Source: Coprobacillaceae bacterium
GTDB taxonomy: Bacteria > Bacillota_I > Bacilli_A > Erysipelotrichales > Coprobacillaceae
Reading direction: 5' to 3'
Assembly: GCA_963675915.1 (NCBI GenBank)
Contig: OY780959.1
Coordinates: 210,001-242,000 of the forward strand
Length of the DNA stretch: 32,000 bases
The translations under genes were made by a program, and so were the position numbers. The notes under the pieces were generated by a model. The model made no database searches. It had not been told where the DNA came from and saw only the letters and a program-made list of their open reading frames with translations. This document shows, piece after piece, positions 8,169 through 17,874 of this stretch (positions within the stretch are counted from its first letter, which is position 1; every line of letters begins with the position of its first letter).

Positions 8169-9923
8169 TTATAAATATTGTTTGATCGGTTCGATCATGG
8201 TTGTCAGATACCAGTTCTTTTCATTTTCATTTAGTGCCGGTTCGACATTTTCGTAAACTGTTTTTTGGTAATCAAGCAGCTGTTTGATTTCCGCTTGTTC
8301 AAGAATATTGAAATCAATTCCGTCGATGTCGATTGGGACCATCGTCAGGATGTCGAAATGCATAAACTGACCATAGAAGTTCTTTTCGCCATTTACTGCC
8401 AAGAGTTCGTTTTCCAGTCGGATTCCGTATTCGTTTTCGATGTAGATTCCCGGTTCGTCAGTTATAATCATCCCGGCCTCGATTTTAACATCATCGGTTC
8501 CTGGGCGTTTGAATGGACGCATCCCTTGTGGCCCTTCATGGACACTCAGATAATGACCGACCCCGTGACCGGTTCCGCATTGGTAATCAAGATTTTCAGC
8601 CTGAATCACACCACGGGCCAGAATATCAAGACCGACTCCGGTCTTTCCATGGAGGAAGTTGGCGTGCTGGAGTCGGTTCATTGCCTGGAAGACCAAAGTG
8701 AAGTGATGGCGTTGTTTTTCGGTGATTTCACCCATCACAAATGTTCTGGTCGTATCGGTTGTTCCTTGAAGATACTGGCCACCGCTGTCAATTAGCAGCA
8801 ATCCTTTTGGCTCTACTTTTGAGAATTGGTTTTCATTGGCGCTATAATGCATCAAGGCTCCGTTTTTCTCGTATCCGCAAATTGTACCAAAAGAAAGTTG
8901 TTTGAAATCCGGTTGCTTTTGACGGTATTGAGTCAAAATGGCATCGAGACTCAACTCATCCATCTCGGTTTTGCCGGCGTTTTGTTTCAGGTAGCACATG
9001 AATTTGGTCATGGCGATTCCGTCCTTGATATGGGCGGTTCTGGTGTTGGCGATTTCCGTTTCGTTTTTGATTGCCTTCATGATGGTCGAAGGATTCGTTT
9101 GGGAAATTATTTTCCCCGGAATGCTCGAAACAATCTGGTAGTTGACAGTTTTTTTGTCAAGCAGGACAGTTCCCTCGATGTTTTTCACGTCTTCGTAAAC
9201 GGCGAAGTAATCTTTCACCTCGATGTTGTCATTGGCCAATTGGGCCTCAAGTTCTTTTGTGATGGTCCCTTTTTGGACGTAAAGGGTTGCGTCGGTCTTG
9301 GTGATCAGGGCATAACCGTAAAACACCGGGGTATGGGTGATATCATTTCCCCTCAGGTTGAAAATATAGGCGATATCATCCAGAGTTGTGACGATGTGGC
9401 AGTCAGCTTCCAAATCGGCTCTGATTGCTTCGAGTTTTTCTAGTCGTGATTGACCGCAGTATTTGACATCATAATCATAGATTGGCTGGTGGGAAAGTTC
9501 TGGACGATTCTGCCAGACAGCGTCAACCAAATCAAGATGGGTAACTACCGGATTATCGATTTTTTCGACAAAATCGCTGGCGAAACAACGTCCGTCAAAC
9601 CCGACAACCTTGGTGGTGTCCTCACCAAACATTTTTTCCATATCGATGCATTCGGGTTGCCCCATTTTCATCAGTTTGATTGAAGTCCCCTCGGTTTGCT
9701 TTTCCCCTTGGATGAAATAGCGGCCATCCACATAGAGGAAACTCTCCTCTTGAGTGACCAACAGGGTTCCTGCTGAACCGGTGAAACCGCTCAGATATTC
9801 ACGTCCTTTGAAAAAGGCTCCGGCAATTTCACTTGAGTGGAAATCACTTGTAGGAATGATATAGAAATCAATCCCATTTTTTTTCATCATTTTTTTTAAT
9901 AAATTCAAATTTTTTTCTATCAT
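8169..9923 (-). CDS. Xaa-Pro aminopeptidase, M24B family (long form with two N-terminal creatinase/prolidase-type domains)
   Basis: C-terminal pita-bread motifs are present: DSGGQY, GTGHGVGHYLSVHEGPQ, ITDEPGIY, GIRLENE. RBS AAGGAG lies 9 nt before the ATG on the minus strand. Confidence 0.85.
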   Translation of the reverse strand: MIEKNLNLLKKMMKKNGIDFYIIPTSDFHSSEIAGAFFKGREYLSGFTGSAGTLLVTQEESFLYVDGRYFIQGEKQTEGTSIKLMKMGQPECIDMEKMFGEDTTKVVGFDGRCFASDFVEKIDNPVVTHLDLVDAVWQNRPELSHQPIYDYDVKYCGQSRLEKLEAIRADLEADCHIVTTLDDIAYIFNLRGNDITHTPVFYGYALITKTDATLYVQKGTITKELEAQLANDNIEVKDYFAVYEDVKNIEGTVLLDKKTVNYQIVSSIPGKIISQTNPSTIMKAIKNETEIANTRTAHIKDGIAMTKFMCYLKQNAGKTEMDELSLDAILTQYRQKQPDFKQLSFGTICGYEKNGALMHYSANENQFSKVEPKGLLLIDSGGQYLQGTTDTTRTFVMGEITEKQRHHFTLVFQAMNRLQHANFLHGKTGVGLDILARGVIQAENLDYQCGTGHGVGHYLSVHEGPQGMRPFKRPGTDDVKIEAGMIITDEPGIYIENEYGIRLENELLAVNGEKNFYGQFMHFDILTMVPIDIDGIDFNILEQAEIKQLLDYQKTVYENVEPALNENEKNWYLTTMIEPIKQYL

Positions 9924-10031
9924 AATGCTATTCTCCTTGGCAAAAATTATAACATTAATTTCTCACTTTTCCAAGTCCGGGAAACATGATAGCGCTTACC
10001 TAAAAAATATGTAAAAAACTGCTATTTTCAT

Positions 10032-10059
10032 TTGAAACTGTCCAATAAAAGAGTATAAT
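10032..10059 (+). promoter_or_regulatory. Candidate sigma-A promoter of the V-ATPase operon
   Basis: TTGAAA (10032-10037), 16-nt spacer, TATAAT (10054-10059), 23 nt upstream of the first operon ATG. Confidence 0.5.
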
Positions 10060-10082
10060 AAACCGTTGAAGGGGGCGAGAAA

Positions 10083-10391
10083 ATGGATGCAATCATTCAA
10101 GATTTAGTTCAAATTGACCATGAATGTGCTGAGCGTGTCGAAGAAGCGAAGACAAAAAAATTCAAAGCAAATGATAATCTTCAACAGATGCGAAAAGACC
10201 TTTATGACAGTTGCTGGATCAAGCATGAAGTTAAACTTCAAAAGATTAGAGAGAGACTTGAAAATGAAGTTAGTTCTAGTGCCGGACAAAAAGCTGCGGA
10301 CTATGAAAATCAAAAAATTTCATTGGAAAAGAAGTTTAATGAAAACAAAGATGCATGGGTAAACGATTTAGTTAGTCGTTGTCTGTCATAG
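10083..10391 (+). CDS. Small coiled-coil protein leading the V-ATPase operon (possible peripheral-stalk G/H-like subunit)
   Basis: 102 aa, highly charged and predicted helical (EEAKTKKFKANDNLQQMRKDL...LEKKFNENKD). GGGGG RBS. It abuts the next gene. The assignment rests on position and composition only. Confidence 0.45.
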   Translation: MDAIIQDLVQIDHECAERVEEAKTKKFKANDNLQQMRKDLYDSCWIKHEVKLQKIRERLENEVSSSAGQKAADYENQKISLEKKFNENKDAWVNDLVSRCLS

Positions 10392-10402
10392 GAGGAAACA
10401 AG

Positions 10403-11431
10403 ATGTCATCAAATGTACTTAGTACCAAAGCTAAGGCAATGTATGGTAAAAGGATTCTCCAGGATGCGTACATGGAGTTGGCGCGTAAACAGACAATTGG
10501 CGATGTCGTTACGTACCTTAAACAGAAGTCTTCGTATGCGGACGCATTCAAAGATGTCAATGCCAGAATAGTTCATCGTCGTGAAGTGGAATCAATCCTG
10601 GATCAGGAATACTATCGACGTTGTGGGCAGTTACTTCGTTTTGCACCGAAGGAGAACAAGAAATTCTATTACATGGAAATTATGGGTATCGAGATTAATG
10701 TAATCCTCGAACGTATCGCAACTATGGATTCAATGCCGGAGGCATTTACCATCAAGGTATCGCAATACGTAGCGGATCATTCTAGTTTCGATCTGTTTGG
10801 TTTAATTAATGTGGAGACTCATAAAGATCTTGTAGCGTATTTCAAAGATACCAAATATGCTTTTATTATTAACGAAATTGATTTTAGCGAACCAATTAAT
10901 TTCAATAGTTTAACTAAAAAATTTATGGAGTTTTACTATAGCACATATTACAAAGCTATAGACAAAAATTTTTCCGGGAAAACCAGATCCGATTTATTGC
11001 AGATCCTTTATATGGATATCGATTTGCGGAATTTGGCTAAAATTGCTAGATACAAGAATTATTTCCCTGACGAAGATGCCCAAGTCATCTTGGACTCTTT
11101 ATTCCTGAAACACTCTAGAATCTCAAAAGAAAGCTATGAAGAATTGTTGGAAGCTAAGAATATTGAGACTCTTAATGCTTTGATTTATGAAAAAATCCGC
11201 TATGCCGATTTGACCCAAATCAGAGAAAATACGCCGATTGAAGAATCGGTATCTTTTGTCAAATATCATATGAGCCGTCATTTCCTGTATCTTACCAGCA
11301 ATGATGCAATCGCATATTTGGCATACACGATACTTGAGCGGATCGAAATCGAAAATCTGGTCCATATTATTGAAGGTATTCGATATAACCGTGATGGAGC
11401 AAGTATCGAGGCATTATTAATTTACAGTTAG
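10403..11431 (+). CDS. ntpC: V/A-type ATPase subunit C (eukaryotic d-type, rotor-stalk coupling)
   Basis: AGGAGG lies 7 nt before ATG 10403, which I prefer to the track start at 10379. Size (~342 aa) and N-terminus (STKAKAMYGKRILQDAYMELARKQTIGDVVTYLKQ) are typical of bacterial subunit C. Operon context supports the call. Confidence 0.7.
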   Translation: MSSNVLSTKAKAMYGKRILQDAYMELARKQTIGDVVTYLKQKSSYADAFKDVNARIVHRREVESILDQEYYRRCGQLLRFAPKENKKFYYMEIMGIEINVILERIATMDSMPEAFTIKVSQYVADHSSFDLFGLINVETHKDLVAYFKDTKYAFIINEIDFSEPINFNSLTKKFMEFYYSTYYKAIDKNFSGKTRSDLLQILYMDIDLRNLAKIARYKNYFPDEDAQVILDSLFLKHSRISKESYEELLEAKNIETLNALIYEKIRYADLTQIRENTPIEESVSFVKYHMSRHFLYLTSNDAIAYLAYTILERIEIENLVHIIEGIRYNRDGASIEALLIYS

Positions 11432-11440
11432 GAGAAAGAC

Positions 11441-12799
11441 ATGGCAATTGTACCAACACACTTATATAATGTGACATTCAATTCTTCTGATTTAATGAAA
11501 GTTTTACTTTTAACCCGAGAAAACAGTGCTGACTTATTTCCTCAGGATTCACGTTTGCTGGCAAACAATGTCAAAGGTGTAAAAGTTTTGGATCAGGAAA
11601 ATCCTTACAATGATACGCTTGAAGTAATGTATCATCTGTTGGACAATCTTGGGATTGAAAAAACTGCCGGGGAATACAACGGTGAAGAAATCACAGTGGA
11701 AAAAGCCGCTTCATTAATCGAAGAAGTAAGCAATCAGTTGGATTTAGCTATTCAGATTCGTGATGATATCATCAAGGATCGTGAAGAGAACTTTGATGCT
11801 CTTCAGATTTTAAAAGAAATTTCAAATCAAAATATCAACTTAGATGAGTTGGAAGATACCAAATACATCAAGTGTCGGTTTGGACGCATTCCATTAAATG
11901 AGTTCGACAAATTAAAATATTACAATGAATTCCCGTTTATTTTCAAAAAGTATTCTGAGAATAAAGATTTCATCTGGGGGATTTATACTGGTCTTACCAA
12001 AGATATCGCTGAAATTGACAACTTATTCAATTCGATTTCATTCGAATTGATCACCTTGCCTGATTTCGCCCATGGTCCTTTGGATAGTGCCATCAGCGAA
12101 TTGAAAACTGAGTGTAATGCAATGAAAAAATATATCGGCCACATCAATGACCGAATTGCAATCATCAGAAAACAATATGAACAAGAATTATTGAGAACTT
12201 TTACAACATTGTACAATCTTAAACTGATCTTCGATCAAGCTCGTTATGTTGTGGATTACTCAAACAAACATGCAATCTACGTATTTTCAACTTTGACTCT
12301 TAAAGAAGTTGAAAGCATCTTCCAGGATGTAGATGGAATCAGAATTCTGCAGTTGCCTGGAAATATCTACAATTCGAAAGGAATTCATCCACCGGTTGTT
12401 ACTAAAAACAACTTCTTTGCAAAACCATTCGAGGAAATTCTAAGACCTCGTTGCTCCGATGTGTTCGATCCGGCCTTCTTATTGGCGATTGGATCTGCAA
12501 TCATTTCGGCAGTGTTCCTTGGTGACCTTGGTTGGGGTGCGATGTTAATGATTCTCGGATTGCTTTTTGGGTACCGTTCTACCAATATCGGAAAAATCTT
12601 CATCTCGATGGGAATTTTCGCTTTCATCGGTGGGATTTTCTATGGAACGGTTTTTGACACATTCCAAGTATATCCGGCGATTTTGATGACACCGTTTGAA
12701 CCGGTTCAAAAAATTCTGTACTTCTTGGCAGGTATGGTAGTCTGGGTTGCAGTAATGTGGCTTATCAGAGGCGTGACGAATAAAAAAGTAGACTTATAG
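11441..12799 (+). CDS. Truncated paralog of V/A-ATPase subunit I (cytoplasmic N-domain plus ~4 TM helices; no proton-channel half)
   Basis: It aligns by eye with the next gene over ~420 aa, e.g. YIKCRFGRIPLNEFDKLKYYNEFPFIFKKYSENKDFIWGIYT..IAEIDNLFNS versus YLQIRFGKLPTKNVAKLRYYDGLPFFVREFHEEDDFTWCMYV..APEIDNIFSS, and FAKPFEEIL..DPAFLLAIGSAIISAVFLGDLGWG versus FGKPFRIFV..DPTMYLALTYSLLFGIMFADVGQG. It ends after the fourth hydrophobic helix. Confidence 0.7.
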   Translation: MAIVPTHLYNVTFNSSDLMKVLLLTRENSADLFPQDSRLLANNVKGVKVLDQENPYNDTLEVMYHLLDNLGIEKTAGEYNGEEITVEKAASLIEEVSNQLDLAIQIRDDIIKDREENFDALQILKEISNQNINLDELEDTKYIKCRFGRIPLNEFDKLKYYNEFPFIFKKYSENKDFIWGIYTGLTKDIAEIDNLFNSISFELITLPDFAHGPLDSAISELKTECNAMKKYIGHINDRIAIIRKQYEQELLRTFTTLYNLKLIFDQARYVVDYSNKHAIYVFSTLTLKEVESIFQDVDGIRILQLPGNIYNSKGIHPPVVTKNNFFAKPFEEILRPRCSDVFDPAFLLAIGSAIISAVFLGDLGWGAMLMILGLLFGYRSTNIGKIFISMGIFAFIGGIFYGTVFDTFQVYPAILMTPFEPVQKILYFLAGMVVWVAVMWLIRGVTNKKVDL

Positions 12800-12815
12800 A
12801 AAGGGAGGAAATCTT

Positions 12816-14711
12816 GTGGCAATAACAAAATTAAACCTCGTCAATATCAGTTTTGATCGTCAAAGCCATAATGAATTGCTTGTCAACCTGCTAGGTTACA
12901 ATGAAATTCATCTAGAACCCGCTTCTAAATTTACTGCAAATGTAAAAACCATTTCAGCATGGACGGATGAAAATATCTATGAAGAGCTGCTTACTCGAAT
13001 CGAGGATACAGCCAAAAAATATAATCTGGACTTAGTTGAACAAAATCAGGTGAATAACCGCCTCAATATGATCACTGCCAAAAATTATATTGAAAATATA
13101 ATTTCGGAGATCGAGGAGTATGGTGAAGTCATCAAAAACCTGGAAGCCATCGTTAAAGAAAACGGTGAGGCAATCATCCATATCCGCAACGTAGTTGAAA
13201 TGGATGTAAACTTCCATGAACTGTTCACAACCAAATATCTTCAGATCCGTTTTGGGAAACTACCGACAAAAAATGTGGCCAAATTGCGCTACTATGACGG
13301 ATTGCCGTTTTTTGTCCGGGAATTCCACGAAGAAGACGATTTCACCTGGTGCATGTATGTAACAACACCAAATGATGCGCCGGAAATCGACAACATCTTC
13401 TCTTCATTGTTGTTTGAAAGGGTTCATATCCCGGCTTTCTCTCACGGAGATGCCAAAAGAGCCATCCGGGATATCCAGGAAGAGACGAATTTATCACAAA
13501 GAAACATTTTCAAATATCAAAATAAAATCAATGAAACATATCAGAAAAACTTCGAGGAAATCAACCGGGTGTATTCAATTGTAAAACACCTTAATTCGAT
13601 TTTCATCATGCAGCGTTATGTTTACGTGGTCGGGGATCATCTGACCATCACCGGATTCATTCCGGAAAAGGAAGCCCCGGCTTTCAAAGAACGCTTTGAG
13701 AAGTTTGATAATGTCCATGTCAGTCTGCGTCCGGCCGACAGCGATGTCCGACTTAATGCGCCGACCAAACTGACCGAGACCTGGTTCGGGAAACCGTTTA
13801 GGATTTTCGTGGAAATGTATGGAGTTCCAAGCTACCGCGATATCGATCCGACCATGTATCTGGCTTTGACTTACAGTCTGTTGTTTGGAATCATGTTCGC
13901 CGACGTGGGACAGGGGGTTTTGATTGGGATCTTAGCGACTCTGCTATATCGCAAAACCGGAAACCAGCTGGCCGGAATCGGGGTTCGGGTTTCAATCGCA
14001 TCGATTATTTTCGGGTTTGTATTCGGTTCCGTATTTGGTTCGGAAGAAATTCTGACGCCGATATTCCTGCCGATGGCGGCCGAAAATACGATGGTTTTAC
14101 TGGGTCTTTCCGTAGGCCTGGGGATCGCATTGATTGTAATTTCAATGGGTCTTTCAATTCTTACCAATTTTAGACGAAAGAAATATCTGGAAATGTTCAT
14201 TTCCCAAAACTGTATTGCCGGTTTGGTGTTCTACATTTCTGTCCTGATATTCGCCCTGACTACGGTTCTAGGGATTGACTTCGTCTTAAAACCAATATTA
14301 TTAATTTTAGCGGGAGTTACTTTTTTCCTGATGTTCTTCAAAGAGATTATCGAACGTCGTTTTGAAGGGCATAAAATGTTCCCTGACGGTATCGCTATGG
14401 GATTGACTGAGGCATTTTTCGAATTATTTGAAATTATGCTGACATTTCTGGCTAATACGATGTCGTTCCTGCGGGTTGGCGGATTCGTCCTCTCCCATGC
14501 CGGAATGATGCTTGTGGTCTACACAATCGCCGAAATGGTTGGTGAAGGAAGTATTGGCTATTATATCGTACTGGTATTTGGAAACTTGTTCGTCATGGGA
14601 CTTGAAGGTCTGATTGTCGGAATCCAAGTACTTCGTCTTGAGTTCTACGAAATGTTCTCAAGATACTATGATGGGGATGGTATGCCATTCCATAATATCG
14701 TAAATAAATAA
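12816..14711 (+). CDS. ntpI: V/A-type ATPase subunit I (a-type stator, full length)
   Basis: GTG start after GGGAGG. N-terminal soluble domain plus ~8 hydrophobic helices. It carries the conserved stator arginine context MSFLRVGGFVLSHAG (Arg codon 14472-14474). Confidence 0.8.
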   Translation: MAITKLNLVNISFDRQSHNELLVNLLGYNEIHLEPASKFTANVKTISAWTDENIYEELLTRIEDTAKKYNLDLVEQNQVNNRLNMITAKNYIENIISEIEEYGEVIKNLEAIVKENGEAIIHIRNVVEMDVNFHELFTTKYLQIRFGKLPTKNVAKLRYYDGLPFFVREFHEEDDFTWCMYVTTPNDAPEIDNIFSSLLFERVHIPAFSHGDAKRAIRDIQEETNLSQRNIFKYQNKINETYQKNFEEINRVYSIVKHLNSIFIMQRYVYVVGDHLTITGFIPEKEAPAFKERFEKFDNVHVSLRPADSDVRLNAPTKLTETWFGKPFRIFVEMYGVPSYRDIDPTMYLALTYSLLFGIMFADVGQGVLIGILATLLYRKTGNQLAGIGVRVSIASIIFGFVFGSVFGSEEILTPIFLPMAAENTMVLLGLSVGLGIALIVISMGLSILTNFRRKKYLEMFISQNCIAGLVFYISVLIFALTTVLGIDFVLKPILLILAGVTFFLMFFKEIIERRFEGHKMFPDGIAMGLTEAFFELFEIMLTFLANTMSFLRVGGFVLSHAGMMLVVYTIAEMVGEGSIGYYIVLVFGNLFVMGLEGLIVGIQVLRLEFYEMFSRYYDGDGMPFHNIVNK

Positions 14712-14737
14712 CATACATAACAAGGAGAATTTTAAAA

Positions 14738-15175
14738 ATGAAATTAGTTGAATTTATCTTACCATTAGTTGCTGTAGTATTATTGTCTTTACCTTTAATC
14801 AAAGTGTTCCAAGGAAAATGTGATGTTAAATCTGCAAAATTCAGATTGGCAACTCATGTTTTTGGATTCTTCGGAGCTATCGCTTTAGTGTTCACATTCT
14901 CAGTTTTGACAAATGGTGTATTCGCTGAGGAAGCTGCTGCTGGTTCAATGACTGGTACAATCGCTCAAGGTTTAGGATTCGTCGCTGCGGCATTATCTAC
15001 TGGTTTGGCTGCATTAGGTGCTGGGATCGCGGTTGCATCAGCTGCATCAGCTGCAATCGGTGCATTCTCTGAAAACCCTGCAAACTTCGGTCGTTCATTG
15101 ATCTTCGTTGCCTTGGGTGAAGGGGTAGCAATCTACGGTCTGTTAATTTCAATCCTGATCATCAACTCATTATAA
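14738..15175 (+). CDS. ntpK: V/A-type ATPase proteolipid (c/K subunit), single hairpin with N-terminal hydrophobic extension
   Basis: The C-terminal ~78 aa (GLGFVAAALSTGLAALGAGIAVASAASAAIGAFSENP...SLIFVALGEGVAIYGLLISIL) form a classic Gly/Ala-rich hairpin with the carboxylate in helix 2. AAGGAG RBS precedes ATG 14738. Confidence 0.8.
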   Translation: MKLVEFILPLVAVVLLSLPLIKVFQGKCDVKSAKFRLATHVFGFFGAIALVFTFSVLTNGVFAEEAAAGSMTGTIAQGLGFVAAALSTGLAALGAGIAVASAASAAIGAFSENPANFGRSLIFVALGEGVAIYGLLISILIINSL

Positions 15176-15185
15176 GGGGATAAAA

Positions 15186-15494
15186 ATGAAATTCTATTTA
15201 CTTAGTGATAACGTTGATACACAAGTTGGGCTAAGGTTAGTAGGTATTGAAGGCGAAGTAGTTCATGAAAGACGTGAATTTCTTGAACTGCTTGAAGAAA
15301 AAATTAAAGATGATTCCATCGGGATCATCTTGATTACGACAAAACTTATTGAGCTAGCACCCGATGTTATCTCAGAAATAAAATTAAAACAACGTCAACC
15401 TTTAATTGTGGAGATACCCGATCGTCATGGCGATTCTAAAATCGGTGAGGCAATCGACAAATACGTATCAGAAGCAGTTGGGGTAAAACTATAG
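15186..15494 (+). CDS. V/A-type ATPase subunit F
   Basis: 102 aa. MKFYLLSDNVDTQVGLRLVGIEG...IGIILITTKL...PLIVEIPDRHG matches the subunit F pattern. Operon position supports the call. Confidence 0.8.
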   Translation: MKFYLLSDNVDTQVGLRLVGIEGEVVHERREFLELLEEKIKDDSIGIILITTKLIELAPDVISEIKLKQRQPLIVEIPDRHGDSKIGEAIDKYVSEAVGVKL

Positions 15495-15501
15495 GAGTAA
15501 T

Positions 15502-16101
15502 GTGATGCCAAATAATGATCAAGTATTTCTTTACATGAAAGAAGAAATTGAACGTGAAGCTGCAAGTCAAGAGGCAAAACTTCTCAAAGAAGCTCAGGAA
15601 ATTAGAGATCAAGCTAAAAAGCGTCTGGAAGCTGAGGTTCATCAGGAAGTAAATACGCGTTTTGAAAAAGAAGCAGCAGCATTAGAATTAGAATACTCAC
15701 TTAAAAACGCTACTGATTCCGACAAACAACGTCAGGAACTGGTAGAGTTGCGTGATGGATATGTAGAAAAAATCTTTGGAGCAACCAAAGCCCAACTTCT
15801 TGATTTCACTGCAGGTGACAAATATGAAGAATACCTGCTTGGTAAAATCAAAGAAGCCGGAGCTAAATACAAATTCGACGGTGCCGAAATCTTGGTTGCC
15901 CAAAAGGATTTGAAATTGGAATCAAAAATCGTAGCGGCTTACGGTCTGGAAGCGACTGTCAAAGCCAGCGAAAAAATCGCAATCGGCGGATTTATCCTGG
16001 TAAATCCCAAAACTAATATTGTTGTAGACAATTCATTGGATTTCGCTCTTGAAGATCAAAAAGAGTATTTTGCTAAAAACTCAGGATTAATCATTAAATA
16101 G
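15502..16101 (+). CDS. ntpE: V/A-type ATPase subunit E (peripheral stalk)
   Basis: ~199 aa with an N-terminal long charged helix (EREAASQEAKLLKEAQEIRDQAKKRLEAE) and a C-terminal globular part (GGFILVNPKTNIVVDNSLD). The start is GTG 15502 or ATG 15505. Confidence 0.75.
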   Translation: MMPNNDQVFLYMKEEIEREAASQEAKLLKEAQEIRDQAKKRLEAEVHQEVNTRFEKEAAALELEYSLKNATDSDKQRQELVELRDGYVEKIFGATKAQLLDFTAGDKYEEYLLGKIKEAGAKYKFDGAEILVAQKDLKLESKIVAAYGLEATVKASEKIAIGGFILVNPKTNIVVDNSLDFALEDQKEYFAKNSGLIIK

Positions 16102-16115
16102 GAAGGGGAAGTTGT

Positions 16116-17864
16116 ATGGCAGATGTAATATATTCAATCAATGGACCCGTTGTAAAAGTAAAAAACTCAAAAACATTCCAAATGTTGGAGATGGTATATG
16201 TTGGTCACAATGAATTGATGGGGGAAGTAATTTCCATCAGCGATAAATTTACAACAATCCAAGTTTATGAAACAACTACAGGTCTTAAACCTGGAGAACC
16301 GGTTATCTCGACTGGTTCACCGATCTCGGCTACTTTAGGTCCGGGAATCATTTCAAATATCTTCGACGGAATCGAAAGACCGCTAAAAGATCTTGAAGCT
16401 CAATCAGGAGCTTTCATCGAAGCTGGTTCAAACGTTCCTTCATTGGATTTGGAAAAATTATGGGATGTAACCGTACTAGTGAAAGTGGGCGACAAATTGT
16501 CAGCCGGTACTATTTTCGCTACTTGTCCGGAAACTCCAATCATCACTCACAAATCAATGGTACCACCAAACATTTCAGGTACAGTTGTTGAAGTTGTTGA
16601 AAGTGGTAAATACAATTGTCAGGAAACCCTGCTTAAGTTGGAAGATGACATGGGAACCGTTCATGAAATTGCTTTGATGCAAAAATGGCCGATCAAAATC
16701 GCTCGTCCAACTAAAGAACGTTTACCGATTTCAATGCCTTTGGTAACTGGTCAACGGGTAATCGATACCCTTTTCCCGATTGCAAAAGGTGGAACAGCCG
16801 CAATCCCTGGTGGATTCGGTACTGGTAAAACTATGACTCAGCATCAGATCGCCAAATGGTGTGATGCGGATATCATCGTATATGTCGGTTGTGGAGAACG
16901 TGGAAACGAAATGACTCAGGTTCTTGAAGAATTCGGAGAATTGATCGATCCGAAGTCAAACCGTCCACTGACAGACCGTACTGTCTTGATTGCCAATACT
17001 TCAAACATGCCGGTTGCGGCTCGTGAAGCGTCAATCTATACCGGTGTTGTTCTGGCGGAATACTACCGTGACATGGGATACCATGTTGCAATCATGGCCG
17101 ATTCAACTTCTCGTTGGGCCGAAGCCTTACGTGAAATCTCAGGTCGTCTTGAAGAAATGCCGGCTGAAGAAGGGTTCCCTGCGTACCTGCCTTCACGTCT
17201 GTCACAATTCTACGAACGGGCTGGATATATGGAAACATTGGGTGGAGACCAAGGTTCGGTAACTATTATCGGAGCGGTTTCGCCTCAAGGTGCCGATTTC
17301 TCGGAACCGGTAACTCAAAATACCAAGCGTTTCGTCCGTTGTTTCTGGGCGTTGGACAAAGCACTTGCTTATGCCCGCCACTATTTCGCAATCAACTGGA
17401 ATCAGTCATATTCTGATTATGTCATGGACCTTGGTAAATGGCTTGATGAAAATGTCGGAGACCGTTGGATCAAAGATCGTCAAGTTTTGGCTTATCTGTT
17501 GGCTGAAGAAGCAAAATTGCTGGAAATCGTCAACTTGATGGGACCTGATGTTCTTCCTGAAGATCAAAAATTGACTATCGAAGTAGCAAGAATCATCAGA
17601 GTTGGATACTTGCAACAAAATGCGTTCCACAAAGATGATACTTATGTGCCAATGGCAAAACAATTAAAAATGATGGAAGTAATCATCCATCTTTACAACC
17701 GTTGCAACCAAGCTGTTGCCGATGGTCGCGTTGTATCACAACTTGTTAAAACCGGAATTTTCGATAAAGTTGTCAAAATGAAATATGACGTGCCAAATGA
17801 TAATATTGATTTATTAGATAATTACTTAGAAGATATTGACAAGGCTGTTCAATCAGTAGCGTAG
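16116..17864 (+). CDS. ntpA: V/A-type ATPase catalytic subunit A
   Basis: Walker A PGGFGTGKT, GERGNEM, DSTSRWAEALREISGRLEEMP and the A-specific non-homologous insert are present. 582 aa, so no intein. Confidence 0.95.
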   Translation: MADVIYSINGPVVKVKNSKTFQMLEMVYVGHNELMGEVISISDKFTTIQVYETTTGLKPGEPVISTGSPISATLGPGIISNIFDGIERPLKDLEAQSGAFIEAGSNVPSLDLEKLWDVTVLVKVGDKLSAGTIFATCPETPIITHKSMVPPNISGTVVEVVESGKYNCQETLLKLEDDMGTVHEIALMQKWPIKIARPTKERLPISMPLVTGQRVIDTLFPIAKGGTAAIPGGFGTGKTMTQHQIAKWCDADIIVYVGCGERGNEMTQVLEEFGELIDPKSNRPLTDRTVLIANTSNMPVAAREASIYTGVVLAEYYRDMGYHVAIMADSTSRWAEALREISGRLEEMPAEEGFPAYLPSRLSQFYERAGYMETLGGDQGSVTIIGAVSPQGADFSEPVTQNTKRFVRCFWALDKALAYARHYFAINWNQSYSDYVMDLGKWLDENVGDRWIKDRQVLAYLLAEEAKLLEIVNLMGPDVLPEDQKLTIEVARIIRVGYLQQNAFHKDDTYVPMAKQLKMMEVIIHLYNRCNQAVADGRVVSQLVKTGIFDKVVKMKYDVPNDNIDLLDNYLEDIDKAVQSVA

Positions 17865-17874
17865 GGGGTAGAAA

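Noticed and set aside
8265-9683. Plus-strand ORFs (176, 62, 205 and 77 aa) opposite the aminopeptidase gene
   Set aside because: These are shadow ORFs of a well-supported M24 peptidase CDS. They have no RBS and no recognisable motifs.
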